Shown: positions 9,704-20,241, counted from the stretch's first letter. The stretch is 64,000 bases of DNA from Allosphingosinicella sp. (GCA_035248285.1 DATFHP010000029.1:505-64504); one strand, 5' to 3'. The notes: a model not told the origin generated them from the sequence alone. Translations and numbers: made by a program.

Positions 9704-9780
9704 AGACTCTATCCCGGTTCAATCAAACCGGGATAGAGTCTAAGGCGGGATGCGATTCAATCCAATCGCATTCCGCCTTA
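9704..9780. repeat. Two abutting REP-like hairpins
   Basis: agactctatcccggtt-caatca-aaccgggatagagtct is a 16-bp perfect stem. It is followed immediately by taaggcgggatgcgatt-caatcc-aatcgcattccgcctta (17 bp, 1 mismatch). The second hairpin belongs to the family also seen at 47005 and 60292. Confidence 0.85.
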
Positions 9781-9939
9781 GAGACCTCAATGTTGCGGGA
9801 TTAAATCGTCTTTTGCGATCTCGGTCTATCGGCACTGTTGGCTGGCCGACTATCCTTGACGCGATACGTAGCCTGATCGCTGCGAATTTTTTCACCTTCG
9901 GCGAAGAGCGCGCTGGAACGGTCTGTCCGGGAGTAGATC

Positions 9940-12900
9940 ATGGTTCTTGCCTCCGTTTGTCTCGACGACAAATATGATCAGCGCTCGGGCAAGATATTCA
10001 TTACCGGGATTCAGGCGTTGGCGAGACTGCCGCTGCTTCAGCATGACCGCGATGCGCGCAACGGCCTGAACACCGGAACCTACATCAGCGGGTATCGTGG
10101 GTCGCCTATGGGCGGCTACGATACCGCCCTCCTCAGGATGGGGGAGCGGCTGGCGGACAGGAACATCGTTTTCGCGAGCGGGCTCAATGAAGAAACCGCC
10201 GTCAATGCCGTATGGGGCAGCCAGCAGGGTGACATGTTTGGCGATGCCACCGTCGACGGAGTGGTCGGCATTTGGTACGCAAAAGGCGTCGGCGTTGCGC
10301 GCGGGATGGACGCGCTCAAGCACGCCAACTTTGCCGGCACGGCCAGGAATGGCGGCGTCCTTGCCCTCGTCGGCGACGATCATGGCTGCCAGTCGTCGGC
10401 CATTCCGCACCAGAGCGATCAGGACCTGGTATCGGCGATGATTCCAGTCCTCGCGCCTTCGGACGTTCAGGAGATTCTGGACTACGGCCAAATCGGTATC
10501 GCGATGTCGCGCTTCACCGGCTGCTGGGTCGCCCTTAAGCTTACCGTCGAGACGCTTGAGATTGCGGCAACCGTCGATGCCGATTTCGATCGTCCGGCAA
10601 TAACGACTCCCGCGGATTTCGTTCCGCCGCCGGGCGGCCTGGGCATCCGCTGGCCCGATCCCGCGGTGGAGGCCGAGGTCCGCCTGCACGGCCCGAAGAT
10701 GGATGCCGTGCAGGCTTTCGCGCGTGCCAATCCCGTCGACCGGATGATCTACGACGCGCGAAGCGCCCGGCTAGGTATCGTTACGACCGGCAAGGCCTAT
10801 CAGGACGTTCGCCAGGCATTGGACGAGCTGGGCATCGCAGAAGCGGAAGCGGCCGCGCTCGGCCTGCGCCTCTACAAGGTCGGCATGGTCTGGCCGCTGG
10901 AACGGCAGGGCGCGTTGCGCTTCGTTGAAGGACTCGATGAGATATTGGTGATCGAGGAGAAGCGCGGCCTGATCGAGGATCAGCTTGCGGTGCTGTTGCT
11001 CCAACGCGGCGGACAGGTGCCGCGCTTGCTCGGCAAGACGGATACGGACGGTGCCGTGCTGATTCCATCGGTCCGTCAACTCGATCCGGAAATGGTTGGC
11101 CGCGCCATCCATGCCATGCTCGTGAGAAATGGCGTGGCGGATCGCGCGAGGCTGCGCCCGCCGGGCGGAAGCAACATCGTCACGGGCACGCAGACCATGG
11201 TCGAGAATGACGCGTTGCCGGTACGCGCGCCCTTCTTCTGCTCGGGATGCCCGCACAACCGTTCGACCAAGCTGCCGGATGGCAGCAAGGGGACGGGCGG
11301 GACGGGATGTCATGCGATCGCGATATGGCTGCCGTACCGCAACACCGATACGTTGCCGCAGATGGGGGGCGAAGGCCTAGCATGGCTTGGGCGATCGCGA
11401 TTCAGCCGCACGAAGCACCTGTTCCAGAATCTGGGCGACGGCACATATAGCCATAGCGGCGTGCTGGCAGTCCGCGCCGCTGCCGCGTCGGGTGTCAACA
11501 TCACCTATAAGATCTTGTACAATGATGCGGTCGCGATGACGGGCGGTCAGGCGCTGGACAATCAGCTGACCGTCCCGCAAATCACCAGGCAGGTCGCGGC
11601 CGAGGGTGCCAAGCGGATCGCGGTCGTGACGGACGAGCCGCATAAATATTCCAGCGATGCGGAATTCGCGCCCGGCGTCACCATCCACGACCGCTCGGAA
11701 ATGGATGCCGTCCAGCGCGAGCTGCGCGACATCGAGGGGCTCACGATCCTCGTCTATGATCAGACCTGCGCTGCCGAAAAGCGGCGCCGCCGCAAGCGCG
11801 GCGCCTTTCCCGATCCCCCCAAACGCGTGTTCATCAATGACAGGGTCTGCGAGGGCTGTGGCGATTGCTCGGCCAAATCACATTGTATTTCGGTCCAGCC
11901 GCTCGAGACCGATCTGGGTCGCAAGCGCGTCATCGACCAATCCAACTGCAACAAGGATTATTCCTGCCTCGATGGCTTTTGCCCCAGCTTCGTGACCGTG
12001 CACGGCGGCAAGGTGCGGGCCGCAAACCCTGTCGAAGCGGCGACCTTTGCCGCGCCGCCGGAGCCCAGGCTGCCGCCACTCGATCGACCCTGGAACGGCC
12101 TGGTGACGGGCATCGGCGGCACGGGTGTGGTCACCGTCGGGCAGATCATCGGGATGGCGGCGCATCTCGAGGGAAAGGGCTGTTCGGTCCTCGATTTCAC
12201 CGGCCTTGCGCAGAAGAACGGCGCCGTGACCAGCCATGTGCGGATCGCGATGCGGCAGGAAGACCTGCATGCCGTCCGGATACCAGCCGGCGGGGCGGAT
12301 CTGGTGCTCGGCTGCGATGCGGTGGTCGCGGCTTCGCCGGTCGCGCTGCGCACGATGGCGCATGGCATCACCCGTGCCGTCGTCAATCACGATGTCGCGC
12401 CCGTCGCGGCGTTCGTGAGCAACCCGGACATGGACCAGCATAACGATATCGTGCGGACCACCATCGCCGAAGCTGTGGGAAGGGACCGGATCGATTTCGT
12501 GGACGCCACGCGGCTCGCAAGCCGGCTGATCGGCGACGCGGTCGCGACGAACCTTTTCATGCTCGGCTATGCCTATCAACGCGGACTGGTGCCGTTGACG
12601 GCGGCGGCCATCGAAGAGGCGATCCGCATCAACGGCGCGGCTGTCGACAAGAATCTGGAGGCTTTCAATTGGGGACGACGCGCCGCGGTGGATATTGCGG
12701 CAGTGGATGCCGTCGCGGCGGTTGAAGGCCAATCGGCGCCGAGCGACGACTTCGACGACGTGCTGGCGCGTCGGCTTACTTTCCTCGCCGCCTATCAGCA
12801 CGAAGCTTATGCCGCGAAGTTCGGGACCTTCGTGGCCGCAGTCCGGGTGGCGGAACGGGCGGCGGTGCCGGGGAATGAGACGTTTGCCCGCACCGTGATG

Positions 12901-13434
12901 GAGGGGCTTTTCAAGCTGATGGCGTATAAAGACGAATATGAGGTGGCGCGCCTCTATTCCGACGGCGCGTTCCGGCGCAAGCTGGAGGCTCAGTTCGATG
13001 GCGATTATTCGCTGAGCTTCCACCTCGCGCCGCCGCTGTTCGCCGGGCGTGATCGGAAGACCGGAGAATTGCGCAAGCGACCTTACGGCCGATGGATGAT
13101 GAAGGCGTTCGGCGTCCTGGCGCGGTTCAAGGGCCTGCGCGGGACGATGTTCGATCCGTTCGGATATACCGCCGAACGCCGCGAAGAGCGACGGTTGCCC
13201 GAGGAATATCGGGCGCTTGTCGACAGCCTGCTGCTGCATCTGACGCCGGCCAACCATTCAAAGGCGGTGGAAATAGCGGCGCTGGCAAAGGAGGTTCGGG
13301 GTTACGGCCATATAAAGGTACGAAATCTGGCAAAAGTGCGCGAACGCCAGGCCGAGCTCATGGCGCGCTTCATCCCGTCGGGCCAATCCTCCCGTGCGCC
13401 ATCCCGGACGGCCGTACTCGTCGAAGCCGGCTGA
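9940..13434 (+). CDS. Indolepyruvate/2-oxoacid:ferredoxin oxidoreductase family protein (fused alpha-beta, 1164 aa)
   Basis: N-terminus LDDKYDQRSGKIFITGIQALARLPLLQHDRDARNGLNTGTYISGYRGSPMGGYD is typical of fused IorA/IorB proteins. Cys clusters CSGCPHN and CEGCGDCSAKSHC. GGGAG lies upstream of the ATG. Confidence 0.9.
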   Translation: MVLASVCLDDKYDQRSGKIFITGIQALARLPLLQHDRDARNGLNTGTYISGYRGSPMGGYDTALLRMGERLADRNIVFASGLNEETAVNAVWGSQQGDMFGDATVDGVVGIWYAKGVGVARGMDALKHANFAGTARNGGVLALVGDDHGCQSSAIPHQSDQDLVSAMIPVLAPSDVQEILDYGQIGIAMSRFTGCWVALKLTVETLEIAATVDADFDRPAITTPADFVPPPGGLGIRWPDPAVEAEVRLHGPKMDAVQAFARANPVDRMIYDARSARLGIVTTGKAYQDVRQALDELGIAEAEAAALGLRLYKVGMVWPLERQGALRFVEGLDEILVIEEKRGLIEDQLAVLLLQRGGQVPRLLGKTDTDGAVLIPSVRQLDPEMVGRAIHAMLVRNGVADRARLRPPGGSNIVTGTQTMVENDALPVRAPFFCSGCPHNRSTKLPDGSKGTGGTGCHAIAIWLPYRNTDTLPQMGGEGLAWLGRSRFSRTKHLFQNLGDGTYSHSGVLAVRAAAASGVNITYKILYNDAVAMTGGQALDNQLTVPQITRQVAAEGAKRIAVVTDEPHKYSSDAEFAPGVTIHDRSEMDAVQRELRDIEGLTILVYDQTCAAEKRRRRKRGAFPDPPKRVFINDRVCEGCGDCSAKSHCISVQPLETDLGRKRVIDQSNCNKDYSCLDGFCPSFVTVHGGKVRAANPVEAATFAAPPEPRLPPLDRPWNGLVTGIGGTGVVTVGQIIGMAAHLEGKGCSVLDFTGLAQKNGAVTSHVRIAMRQEDLHAVRIPAGGADLVLGCDAVVAASPVALRTMAHGITRAVVNHDVAPVAAFVSNPDMDQHNDIVRTTIAEAVGRDRIDFVDATRLASRLIGDAVATNLFMLGYAYQRGLVPLTAAAIEEAIRINGAAVDKNLEAFNWGRRAAVDIAAVDAVAAVEGQSAPSDDFDDVLARRLTFLAAYQHEAYAAKFGTFVAAVRVAERAAVPGNETFARTVMEGLFKLMAYKDEYEVARLYSDGAFRRKLEAQFDGDYSLSFHLAPPLFAGRDRKTGELRKRPYGRWMMKAFGVLARFKGLRGTMFDPFGYTAERREERRLPEEYRALVDSLLLHLTPANHSKAVEIAALAKEVRGYGHIKVRNLAKVRERQAELMARFIPSGQSSRAPSRTAVLVEAG

Positions 13435-13504
13435 TGCGTGCGATCACTGTCGGTACCGGTGGCGTTGGAGGCTGGTTGGCGCGCGCTCCGCAATGGCGCC
13501 GGCG

Positions 13505-14290
13505 TCAGGAGAGAGCATCGAACTCCGGTTTGCGTTTGGCAAGGAAAGCGCTGATGCCTTCGCGGCTTTCGGGCCCGGAGCCGGCCGCGGCAATAGCCCG
13601 CGCTTCGCGTTCCATGTGGCTTTCGAGGCCGCCGTTGAAGCTCTCGAGCAGCAGGCCGCGCGCGACGCCAAGGGAAGACACCGCGCTGCGGCAAAGCTCG
13701 GTCGCGATCTTTTCGCCCTCCAGCGCCAGGGCGTCGTCGTCGACGACGCGCGTCACCAGCCCGAGGCGCTCGGCTTCGTCGCTTTTTACGCGACGGTTGG
13801 TGATGATCATCTCCTGCGCCTTGCGCAGCCCGATGAGGCGCGGCAGCAGCCAGGTGCAGCCCCCATCCGGCGTCAAGCCGATGCCTGAATAGGCGACGGT
13901 GAAATGCGCCGAGCGCGCCGCGATCACCACGTCGCCGAGAATGGCCAGGCTGAGACCGGCGCCGGCCGCCGGTCCGTTGACGAGGCCGACCAGGGGCTTC
14001 TCCATCCGGGCGAGTTTCGACATCGCCAGATGGAGCGTGCCGGCGGTTTCGCTGAGCAAGGCCGGAATCCCTTCTCCCGCCGACACGAACGCATCTATGT
14101 CCCCGCCCGCGCAGAACAGCCGGCCGGTTCCGGTAAGAACGACACAACGGATGGTCGGATCGGTATCGCAGCGAATGGCCGCCTCGAGAAGCGCGCGGGT
14201 CATGGCAAGATCGATGCTGTTGGCGTGCTCCGGACGGTTGAGCGTCAGGCGCGCTATTCCGCGATCTTGTTCGAACAGCAGTGGCGGCAT
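13505..14290 (-). CDS. Enoyl-CoA hydratase/isomerase family protein
   Basis: Crotonase fold (LTLNRPEHANS ... FCAGGDI ... GPAAGAGLSLA). Confidence 0.9.
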   Translation of the reverse strand: MPPLLFEQDRGIARLTLNRPEHANSIDLAMTRALLEAAIRCDTDPTIRCVVLTGTGRLFCAGGDIDAFVSAGEGIPALLSETAGTLHLAMSKLARMEKPLVGLVNGPAAGAGLSLAILGDVVIAARSAHFTVAYSGIGLTPDGGCTWLLPRLIGLRKAQEMIITNRRVKSDEAERLGLVTRVVDDDALALEGEKIATELCRSAVSSLGVARGLLLESFNGGLESHMEREARAIAAAGSGPESREGISAFLAKRKPEFDALS

Positions 14291-14573
14291 AAATGTCTCT
14301 CGATCAAACTAGGTCAGGGGCTCGGCGACGCGGCTCGGCGCAGGGCCGTTGGCAGAACTTCTGGGGGATTAGCTGGCGCGGCGGGGCATCGCCACGCAAT
14401 AAATCGGCCGGGCAAGCCGGGAGGGTGCCGCTTTCTCCGGTCTGCCTCCGATCCCCGATACGTCATCACCGTCCCTCGGAAATACCTGCCGCTACAATAT
14501 CTGGTCGCGTACAGCTGGCCCACCTGCCAGTGAGCCACGTCCTCGGCATCGAACCAGCGTGAAGGGAAATAAG

Positions 14574-15554
14574 ATGAAAGCTCTGTTGTGCAAGCAATAT
14601 GGTCCGCCGGAGTCCCTCGTCGTCGAAGACGTGGATGCGATTGTCCCCGCCGCGGGCCAGGTCGTAGTGGCGGTCAAGGCTTGCGGCATCAACTTTCCCG
14701 ACGCGCTGATCATTGAAAACAAATATCAGTTCAAGCCCGAGCCGCCATTCTCGCCCGGGGGCGAGGTCGCCGGTGTGATCACCAAATTGGGTGAGGGCGT
14801 CCAGGGCTGGTCGGTCGGCGACGAAGTGATCGGCCTTCTCCTATGGGGCGGTCTGGCGGAGGAAGTGGCGGTCGATGCCGGAAAGCTGATGCCCAAGCCG
14901 CGCGGAATGTCATTCGAGGAAGCCGCCGGCTTCCTCCTGGCCTATGGCACCGTTTATCACGCGCTTCACGATCGGGGAGGCTTGAAACCCGGCGAGACGT
15001 TGCTGGTGCTCGGTGCGGCGGGCGGCGTAGGCACCGCCGCAATCCAGATCGGCAAAAGCCTGGGTGCGCGCGTGATCGCGGCGACCTCGTCGCAGGAAAA
15101 GAACGCGCTTTGTCGTCAGCTTGGGGCAGACGAGAGCATCGACTATTCGACCGAGGACATGAAGGCGCGGCTTCGAGAATTGACGAAGGGCGATGGCGTC
15201 GACGTCGTCTTCGATCCCGTCGGCGGTCCGCTTTCCGAAATCGCGCTCCGATCGACCGGCTGGAGGGGGCGATATCTCGTCATTGGTTTTGCCAGCGGCG
15301 AGATACCCAAGATCCCGCTCAATCTCGTTCTTCTGAAGGGCGTTTCGCTGATCGGCGTTTTTTTTGGGTCCTTTTTCGATCGAGAGCCGGAAAATCGCGC
15401 CGCGCATGTGAACGGATTGAGAGAGCTTTACGAAGGCGGCCTCGTGCGTCCTCACGTTTCGGCCGTCTACCCTCTGGAAAAAGCGGGTCAGGCGATCAGC
15501 GACCTCCGGGATCGGCGGGCGACCGGCAAGATCGTGGTCAGCATGACGCAATAA
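14574..15554 (+). CDS. NADPH:quinone oxidoreductase-type MDR
   Basis: MKALLCKQYGPPESL..., AAGGVGTAAIQI nucleotide motif, no zinc-binding cysteines. ATG 14574 follows GAAGGGA. Confidence 0.9.
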   Translation: MKALLCKQYGPPESLVVEDVDAIVPAAGQVVVAVKACGINFPDALIIENKYQFKPEPPFSPGGEVAGVITKLGEGVQGWSVGDEVIGLLLWGGLAEEVAVDAGKLMPKPRGMSFEEAAGFLLAYGTVYHALHDRGGLKPGETLLVLGAAGGVGTAAIQIGKSLGARVIAATSSQEKNALCRQLGADESIDYSTEDMKARLRELTKGDGVDVVFDPVGGPLSEIALRSTGWRGRYLVIGFASGEIPKIPLNLVLLKGVSLIGVFFGSFFDREPENRAAHVNGLRELYEGGLVRPHVSAVYPLEKAGQAISDLRDRRATGKIVVSMTQ

Positions 15555-15670
15555 TCGCGATCCGACGCGGCGCCCGCCGCGGATTGCTTCCAGTCGCCGC
15601 CACGATCGGTATCCCCCAGAACCGGTGCATCGGTTGGCCGCGGCCTTTTGCTCCAAGCGCGCGCGACGGC

Positions 15671-16588
15671 TCAGCGTCCTTTCCAGACCGGCGGGCGCTT
15701 TTCGACGAATGCCCGCGGCCCTTCCTGAAAATCCTCCGTCCGGCGTAGCCGCTCCTGCGCTTCGTCGCTCAGCCGGCCCAGCGCGGCATCGTCGAGATCC
15801 AGCGCGGCGCGGGCAATGGCGAGGCTCTCCCGCACGGCGAGGGGTGCATTGGCGGCGATCGTCTCCGCCAGCGCGATGGCCTCGCCCAAGGCCTTGCCGG
15901 GCGTCGTCAGCCGGTTGACCATGCCCAATGCAGCGGCACGTTCGGAGGAAAGACGGTCGCCGGTCGCGATGAGCTCGAGCGCGATCGCCCGCGGCAGGGT
16001 CCGGGGCAGCCGGTAAAGCCCGCCGGCCGCGGCGGCGAGACCGCGCGTCACCTCCGGCAGACCGAACGCGCCGCCTTCGGCGGCAACGATCATGTCGCAA
16101 GCGAGCGCGAGCTCGCACCCGCCGGCGAGCGCAAACCCCTCGACCGCGGCAATCCAAGGTTTGGAGCGCTTCGCGTGAACGAACCCCGCGAAGCCGGTGC
16201 GCTTCCGAATCAGCTTGTCGAGATTGCCGGCCGAGATTTCCTTGAGATCGGCGCCGGCCGAAAACACCTTGCCGCCCGCGCCGGTCAACACGATTGCGCG
16301 CAGATCCGAATCGGCCTCGGTGCGCTCCACGAGCTTTTCCAGGGCTTCCGCAACCGGGCCGTTGACGGCATTGCGCGCCTCCGGCCGATTGATCGTGACG
16401 ATGCCAACATGCTCGCCGTGCTTTTCGAACAGCAGCGGCGCTTGCGCGGATTCGGTCAAACCTTCCTCCTGTGATCGATCGACGTCTTCATGCTCCATCT
16501 CGGGACCATCGACCATGTGCATCGCTTCAGTTTGTCGGCCGCTGGCTTCCCAGAAAAATGTCATATTCGTCCTACGATATTCTATCAA
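15671..16588 (-). CDS. Enoyl-CoA hydratase/isomerase family protein
   Basis: VTINRPEARNAVNG ... FSAGADL ... GFALAGGCELALACD. Start uncertain (TTG 16588, ATG 16564, 16522 or 16498). Confidence 0.85.
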   Translation of the reverse strand: MIEYRRTNMTFFWEASGRQTEAMHMVDGPEMEHEDVDRSQEEGLTESAQAPLLFEKHGEHVGIVTINRPEARNAVNGPVAEALEKLVERTEADSDLRAIVLTGAGGKVFSAGADLKEISAGNLDKLIRKRTGFAGFVHAKRSKPWIAAVEGFALAGGCELALACDMIVAAEGGAFGLPEVTRGLAAAAGGLYRLPRTLPRAIALELIATGDRLSSERAAALGMVNRLTTPGKALGEAIALAETIAANAPLAVRESLAIARAALDLDDAALGRLSDEAQERLRRTEDFQEGPRAFVEKRPPVWKGR

Positions 16589-16754
16589 CAGATCCTCGAG
16601 GATTTTGCTGGACTCGGTGGTGCGAATCGAAATAGCGACTGTATCTCAGTATCGTGCTCTGTCACGATGTGCTTTATAGACTCGCTGTCTCCGGCATTTC
16701 CGTGTGCCGATTCGGACATAGAGTGTAGGACAAACTAGCTGCGGAGGCTTTGGC

Positions 16755-18065
16755 ATGTTCGAGACGAGCGATCGCAGCAAGGCGCTGGCTGAACGCCTCC
16801 GATCCTTCATGGCGGAGCACATCTATCCCAACGAGCGGCGCTATTATCTCGAGGCCGAACGGCTGGGGCCGTGGTCCGTCTATCCCGTCGTCGAGGAGCT
16901 GAAGGACCATGCCCGCGCCGCCGGTCTCTGGAACCTGTTCCTGCCGGCCCATGAAGCCGAGGAGGGGCTCAGCAACGTCGACTACGCGCCCCTGTGCGAG
17001 ATCATGGGGCGCAGCCTCCCCGCGCCGGAAGTCTTCAACTGCTCGCCCCCGGATACCGGCAACATGGAGACGATCCTGCGCTACGGCACCGCCGAACAGA
17101 AGGAGCGCTGGCTGCGGCCGCTGCTCGCCGGCGAGATCCGGTCCGCCTTCGCGATGACCGAGCCCGAAACCGCCTCATCCGATGCCACCAACATCGCGAG
17201 CTCGATCGAGGCGGACGGCGAGGACTATGTCGTCAACGGCCGCAAATGGTACACGAGCAACGCGACCCATCCGCGTTGCGAGGTGATCATCCTAATGGGC
17301 GTGAGCCAGCCGGCGGCCGATGATCCCTACCGTCGTCAGTCGATGATCCTGGTGCCGCGAAATGCGCCGGGCGTCCGCGTCATCCGCTCGCTGCCGGTGT
17401 TCGGCTTTTACGGCATTCCAGATCGCACGAGCGAGGTCGTGTTCGAGAATGTCCGCGTGCCCAAAGCCAACATCTTGCTTGGCGAAGGACGCGGCTTCGA
17501 GATTGCGCAGGGGCGGCTCGGCCCCGGCCGGATTCATCATTGCATGCGGCTGATCGGGCTGAGCGAGCGGATCCTCGAGCGCATGTGTCGCCGCGCCGAG
17601 ACGCGCCATCCCTTTGGCCGTCCGCTGGCGGATCAATCCGTGACCCTGGAACGGATCGCTCAATCGCGCGCGCTGATCGAGCAGGCGCGCCTGCTGACGC
17701 TGAAGGCCGCGTATATGATGGATACGGTCGGCAACAAGGCGGCGCGCCAGGAAATCGCGCTCATCAAGGTCGTCGCCCCCTCCATGGCGCAGCAAATCAT
17801 CGACTGGGCCATCCAGATGTTCGGCGGCGGCGGGACCGGCAACGATCATTTGCTCACTGCCGCCTTTGCGACGGCACGCATGCTGCGTCTTGCCGACGGG
17901 CCCGACGAGGTGCACCGCAACCAGATCGCCAGACTCGAGATGCGCCGCCATCGCGATACCGATCCCGCGCTTACCGGCGGCTCGGCGGATGTGCTGTCCT
18001 TGGTTGAGGCGGAGCGCATGGCATCCGGCGGGCTCTGGCCGAAACCGCAGGGATTTCCGGCATGA
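16755..18065 (+). CDS. Acyl-CoA dehydrogenase family protein (ACAD10/11- or FadE2-like)
   Basis: 436 aa. N-terminus [31 protein letters not shown] is typical of this ACAD subgroup. GGAGG lies upstream. Confidence 0.9.
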   Translation: MFETSDRSKALAERLRSFMAEHIYPNERRYYLEAERLGPWSVYPVVEELKDHARAAGLWNLFLPAHEAEEGLSNVDYAPLCEIMGRSLPAPEVFNCSPPDTGNMETILRYGTAEQKERWLRPLLAGEIRSAFAMTEPETASSDATNIASSIEADGEDYVVNGRKWYTSNATHPRCEVIILMGVSQPAADDPYRRQSMILVPRNAPGVRVIRSLPVFGFYGIPDRTSEVVFENVRVPKANILLGEGRGFEIAQGRLGPGRIHHCMRLIGLSERILERMCRRAETRHPFGRPLADQSVTLERIAQSRALIEQARLLTLKAAYMMDTVGNKAARQEIALIKVVAPSMAQQIIDWAIQMFGGGGTGNDHLLTAAFATARMLRLADGPDEVHRNQIARLEMRRHRDTDPALTGGSADVLSLVEAERMASGGLWPKPQGFPA

Positions 18066-18222
18066 GCGGCCGATCCGCGGCGAGAAGGCGCGCGCCATCC
18101 AACCCCCATCACGGGCCGATCGCGGGCATCACGATGGACACATCGAACGACCGTAAGCGACGCGCTGCCGTCCAGCCGTTTTCTGACCGCCGGGATGCCG
18201 GCGCGCATCAAGGGATGTGACC

Positions 18223-19080
18223 ATGACGAATAAGATCGGAGTGATAGGCGCGGGGTTGATGGGGGCTGAAATTGCCCTGGTGTTCGCGTTGAGCGGATTT
18301 GACGTGCTGCTGCACGACCGCGATCAGGCTTCGCTCGACCGCGCGCTTCAGCGCTTGCGCACGCTGATGGAGAAGGGCGTGCCGCGCGGTTTTTACACCC
18401 AGGATCAGATCGAGCCGACGCTGGCGCGGATCAGGCCCGAGCTTGATCTTGGCGCATTCTCGCGCTGCGCCTTGGTCACCGAAGCCGTGTTCGAGGCGCT
18501 CGACGTCAAGACCGATGTGCTTGCGCGGCTCGTCGCCATCGTCGGTCCCGACTGCGTGATCGCCTCCAACACCTCGACCATTCCGATTTCGACGCTCGCC
18601 GGCGCGCTTCCGGCCGAACGTCGCGGCCGCTTCATCGGCACCCATTATTTTTCGCCGGTGTCGCGAATGAAGCTCGTCGAGGTGATTCCCGGTTTCGACA
18701 CGGCCGAGGAGACGGTAACCACGGTCATGGAGGTGATGACCAAGATCGGCAAGGAGCCCATTCGGGTCAAGGACGTAGCCGGCTTTGCCGTCAATCGCAT
18801 GCTGCACGCTTTCATGATCGAGGCTGTCAAGCTGGTCGAGGAAGGCGTAGCGACGCCGGAAGATCTCGACACGGCCTGCCGCTTGGGCCTCGGACACCCC
18901 ATCGGCCCTTTTGCGCTGATGGATGTCGTGACCTCGAGCCTTTGCGTGCAGGTCCAGGAAATCATGCAGGAAGCCTATGGTGAACGATTCCGTCCCCCCG
19001 CCCTCCTCAAGCAGCAGGTCCGAGCGGGCTATGTCGGCGGAAAGGGAAAGCCCGGCTGGTACAAATCAACCCGGGCGTAA
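18223..19080 (+). CDS. 3-hydroxyacyl-CoA (3-hydroxybutyryl-CoA) dehydrogenase
   Basis: KIGVIGAGLMGAEIA Rossmann motif and a conserved C-terminal domain. ATG 18223 follows AGGGA. Confidence 0.9.
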   Translation: MTNKIGVIGAGLMGAEIALVFALSGFDVLLHDRDQASLDRALQRLRTLMEKGVPRGFYTQDQIEPTLARIRPELDLGAFSRCALVTEAVFEALDVKTDVLARLVAIVGPDCVIASNTSTIPISTLAGALPAERRGRFIGTHYFSPVSRMKLVEVIPGFDTAEETVTTVMEVMTKIGKEPIRVKDVAGFAVNRMLHAFMIEAVKLVEEGVATPEDLDTACRLGLGHPIGPFALMDVVTSSLCVQVQEIMQEAYGERFRPPALLKQQVRAGYVGGKGKPGWYKSTRA

Positions 19081-19738
19081 CGAAGGCCCGCGCGACCTCA
19101 TTGTTCAAGACGTGATCCGGGGTCTCTACGAGGGGCGCTACGAACCCGGACAGCGTCTTCTCGAAGCGCAAATGACCTCGGATTACGGTGTCAGCCGCGG
19201 AACCGTGCGCGAGGCATTGAACAGGCTCGCGGTGATGGGAGTGATCAAGATGGTCCCCCAGCGCGGCGCCGAGGTGCGGCGTCTGACCATCAACGAGGCT
19301 ATCGACATCCTGGTCGTCGCGCAGGGGCTGGTCGGAATCGGTGCGCGGCTTGCCGCCGAAAGGATCGAGACGCCCGGCGCCAGGGAACGGATTCGGGCGG
19401 CGTTCGCGCGCCTGAGCCAATTCGACAATGTGACCGGAGGGGCGGCGTTCGCGATGGCGCGCGATGCCTTCTACGCTGCCATCAACGCCATTGCGCACAA
19501 CAGCGAGCTGAAGCGGATCTTGCCGAGCGTGCAAATTCATCTGATCCGCGTCCAGTTCCGAGCGGTGATCCGGACCATCGATCGCCGCCGCCATCGCGAC
19601 TATGAGGAGATGATGAACGCGATCTTGTCGGGCAACGCGAAAGCTGCGGAAAAGGCGGCCCGGGCGCATCTCGCCCGCTCCATCGGCGCGCTCCAGGCCT
19701 ATCGATCCGCGAGCAATCGGGACCTCGAGCAAGTCTAG
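19031..19738 (+). CDS. GntR family transcriptional regulator (FadR/FCD type)
   Basis: wHTH QMTSDYGVSRGTVREALNRLAVMGVIKMVPQRGAEV followed by a helical FCD-like domain. Start uncertain: ATG 19031 overlaps the upstream gene, GTG 19112 is possible. Confidence 0.8.
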   Translation: MSAERESPAGTNQPGRNEGPRDLIVQDVIRGLYEGRYEPGQRLLEAQMTSDYGVSRGTVREALNRLAVMGVIKMVPQRGAEVRRLTINEAIDILVVAQGLVGIGARLAAERIETPGARERIRAAFARLSQFDNVTGGAAFAMARDAFYAAINAIAHNSELKRILPSVQIHLIRVQFRAVIRTIDRRRHRDYEEMMNAILSGNAKAAEKAARAHLARSIGALQAYRSASNRDLEQV

Positions 19739-19761
19739 CGCTGTAATGGTCCTGCGGCCGA

Positions 19762-20145
19762 TCAGGCCTTTCTTTCTTTTACGGCAACGACCTCGACTTC
19801 AATCAACATGCCGGGGACCATAAGATCTTTCACCATGACTATGGTCCCAGCGGGGCGGTGTTCCTTGAACATTTCCATCTTCTTTTGCGCAAAAGCTTGC
19901 CCCGCGTCACGATCGATGGCGAAGCAGGTCGTTTTCACGATATCCCCCACGCCGCATCCGAACTTGGCCAAGAGCTTGAGCGCGGCCTTCAAACAATAAT
20001 CCGCCTGTTCGTGCGGATCTGAGCTGATGATATTGAAGCCATCGTCTATGGCGGCAATTCCCGATGTGAAAACGATTCCGCCGCTTTCAACGCACCAGGA
20101 CAACCCAGGAAAGTCAGGCAGTTCTTCTATCGTATCTGCGTTCAT
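19762..20145 (-). CDS. RidA/YjgF family protein
   Basis: About 127 aa, GIVFTSGIAAID... and the C-terminal IEVEVVA pattern. ATG 20145 has GGAGG 5 nt upstream. Confidence 0.85.
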   Translation of the reverse strand: MNADTIEELPDFPGLSWCVESGGIVFTSGIAAIDDGFNIISSDPHEQADYCLKAALKLLAKFGCGVGDIVKTTCFAIDRDAGQAFAQKKMEMFKEHRPAGTIVMVKDLMVPGMLIEVEVVAVKERKA

Positions 20146-20241
20146 GAACACCTCCGTGAATCCCATAAGTCCAGACTTGGCGGATGTCGGCATAGCGCTC
20201 AACCCACGACCGGATTCGATGCGCCGGCCGGGGCGGCACGT

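Noticed and set aside
9750-9977. 75-aa plus-strand ORF in the hairpin-rich spacer, and 9289..9705 at 138 aa
   Set aside because: They run straight through the REP-like palindromes or antisense to the SnoaL-like gene. They have no ribosome-binding site and no coding-like composition.
18977-19030. Longer N-terminus for the GntR regulator starting at ATG 18977
   Set aside because: It would overlap the 3' end of the hydroxyacyl-CoA dehydrogenase gene by about 100 nt, and it encodes a Pro/Ser-rich segment not expected before a GntR wHTH. A later start is more likely.
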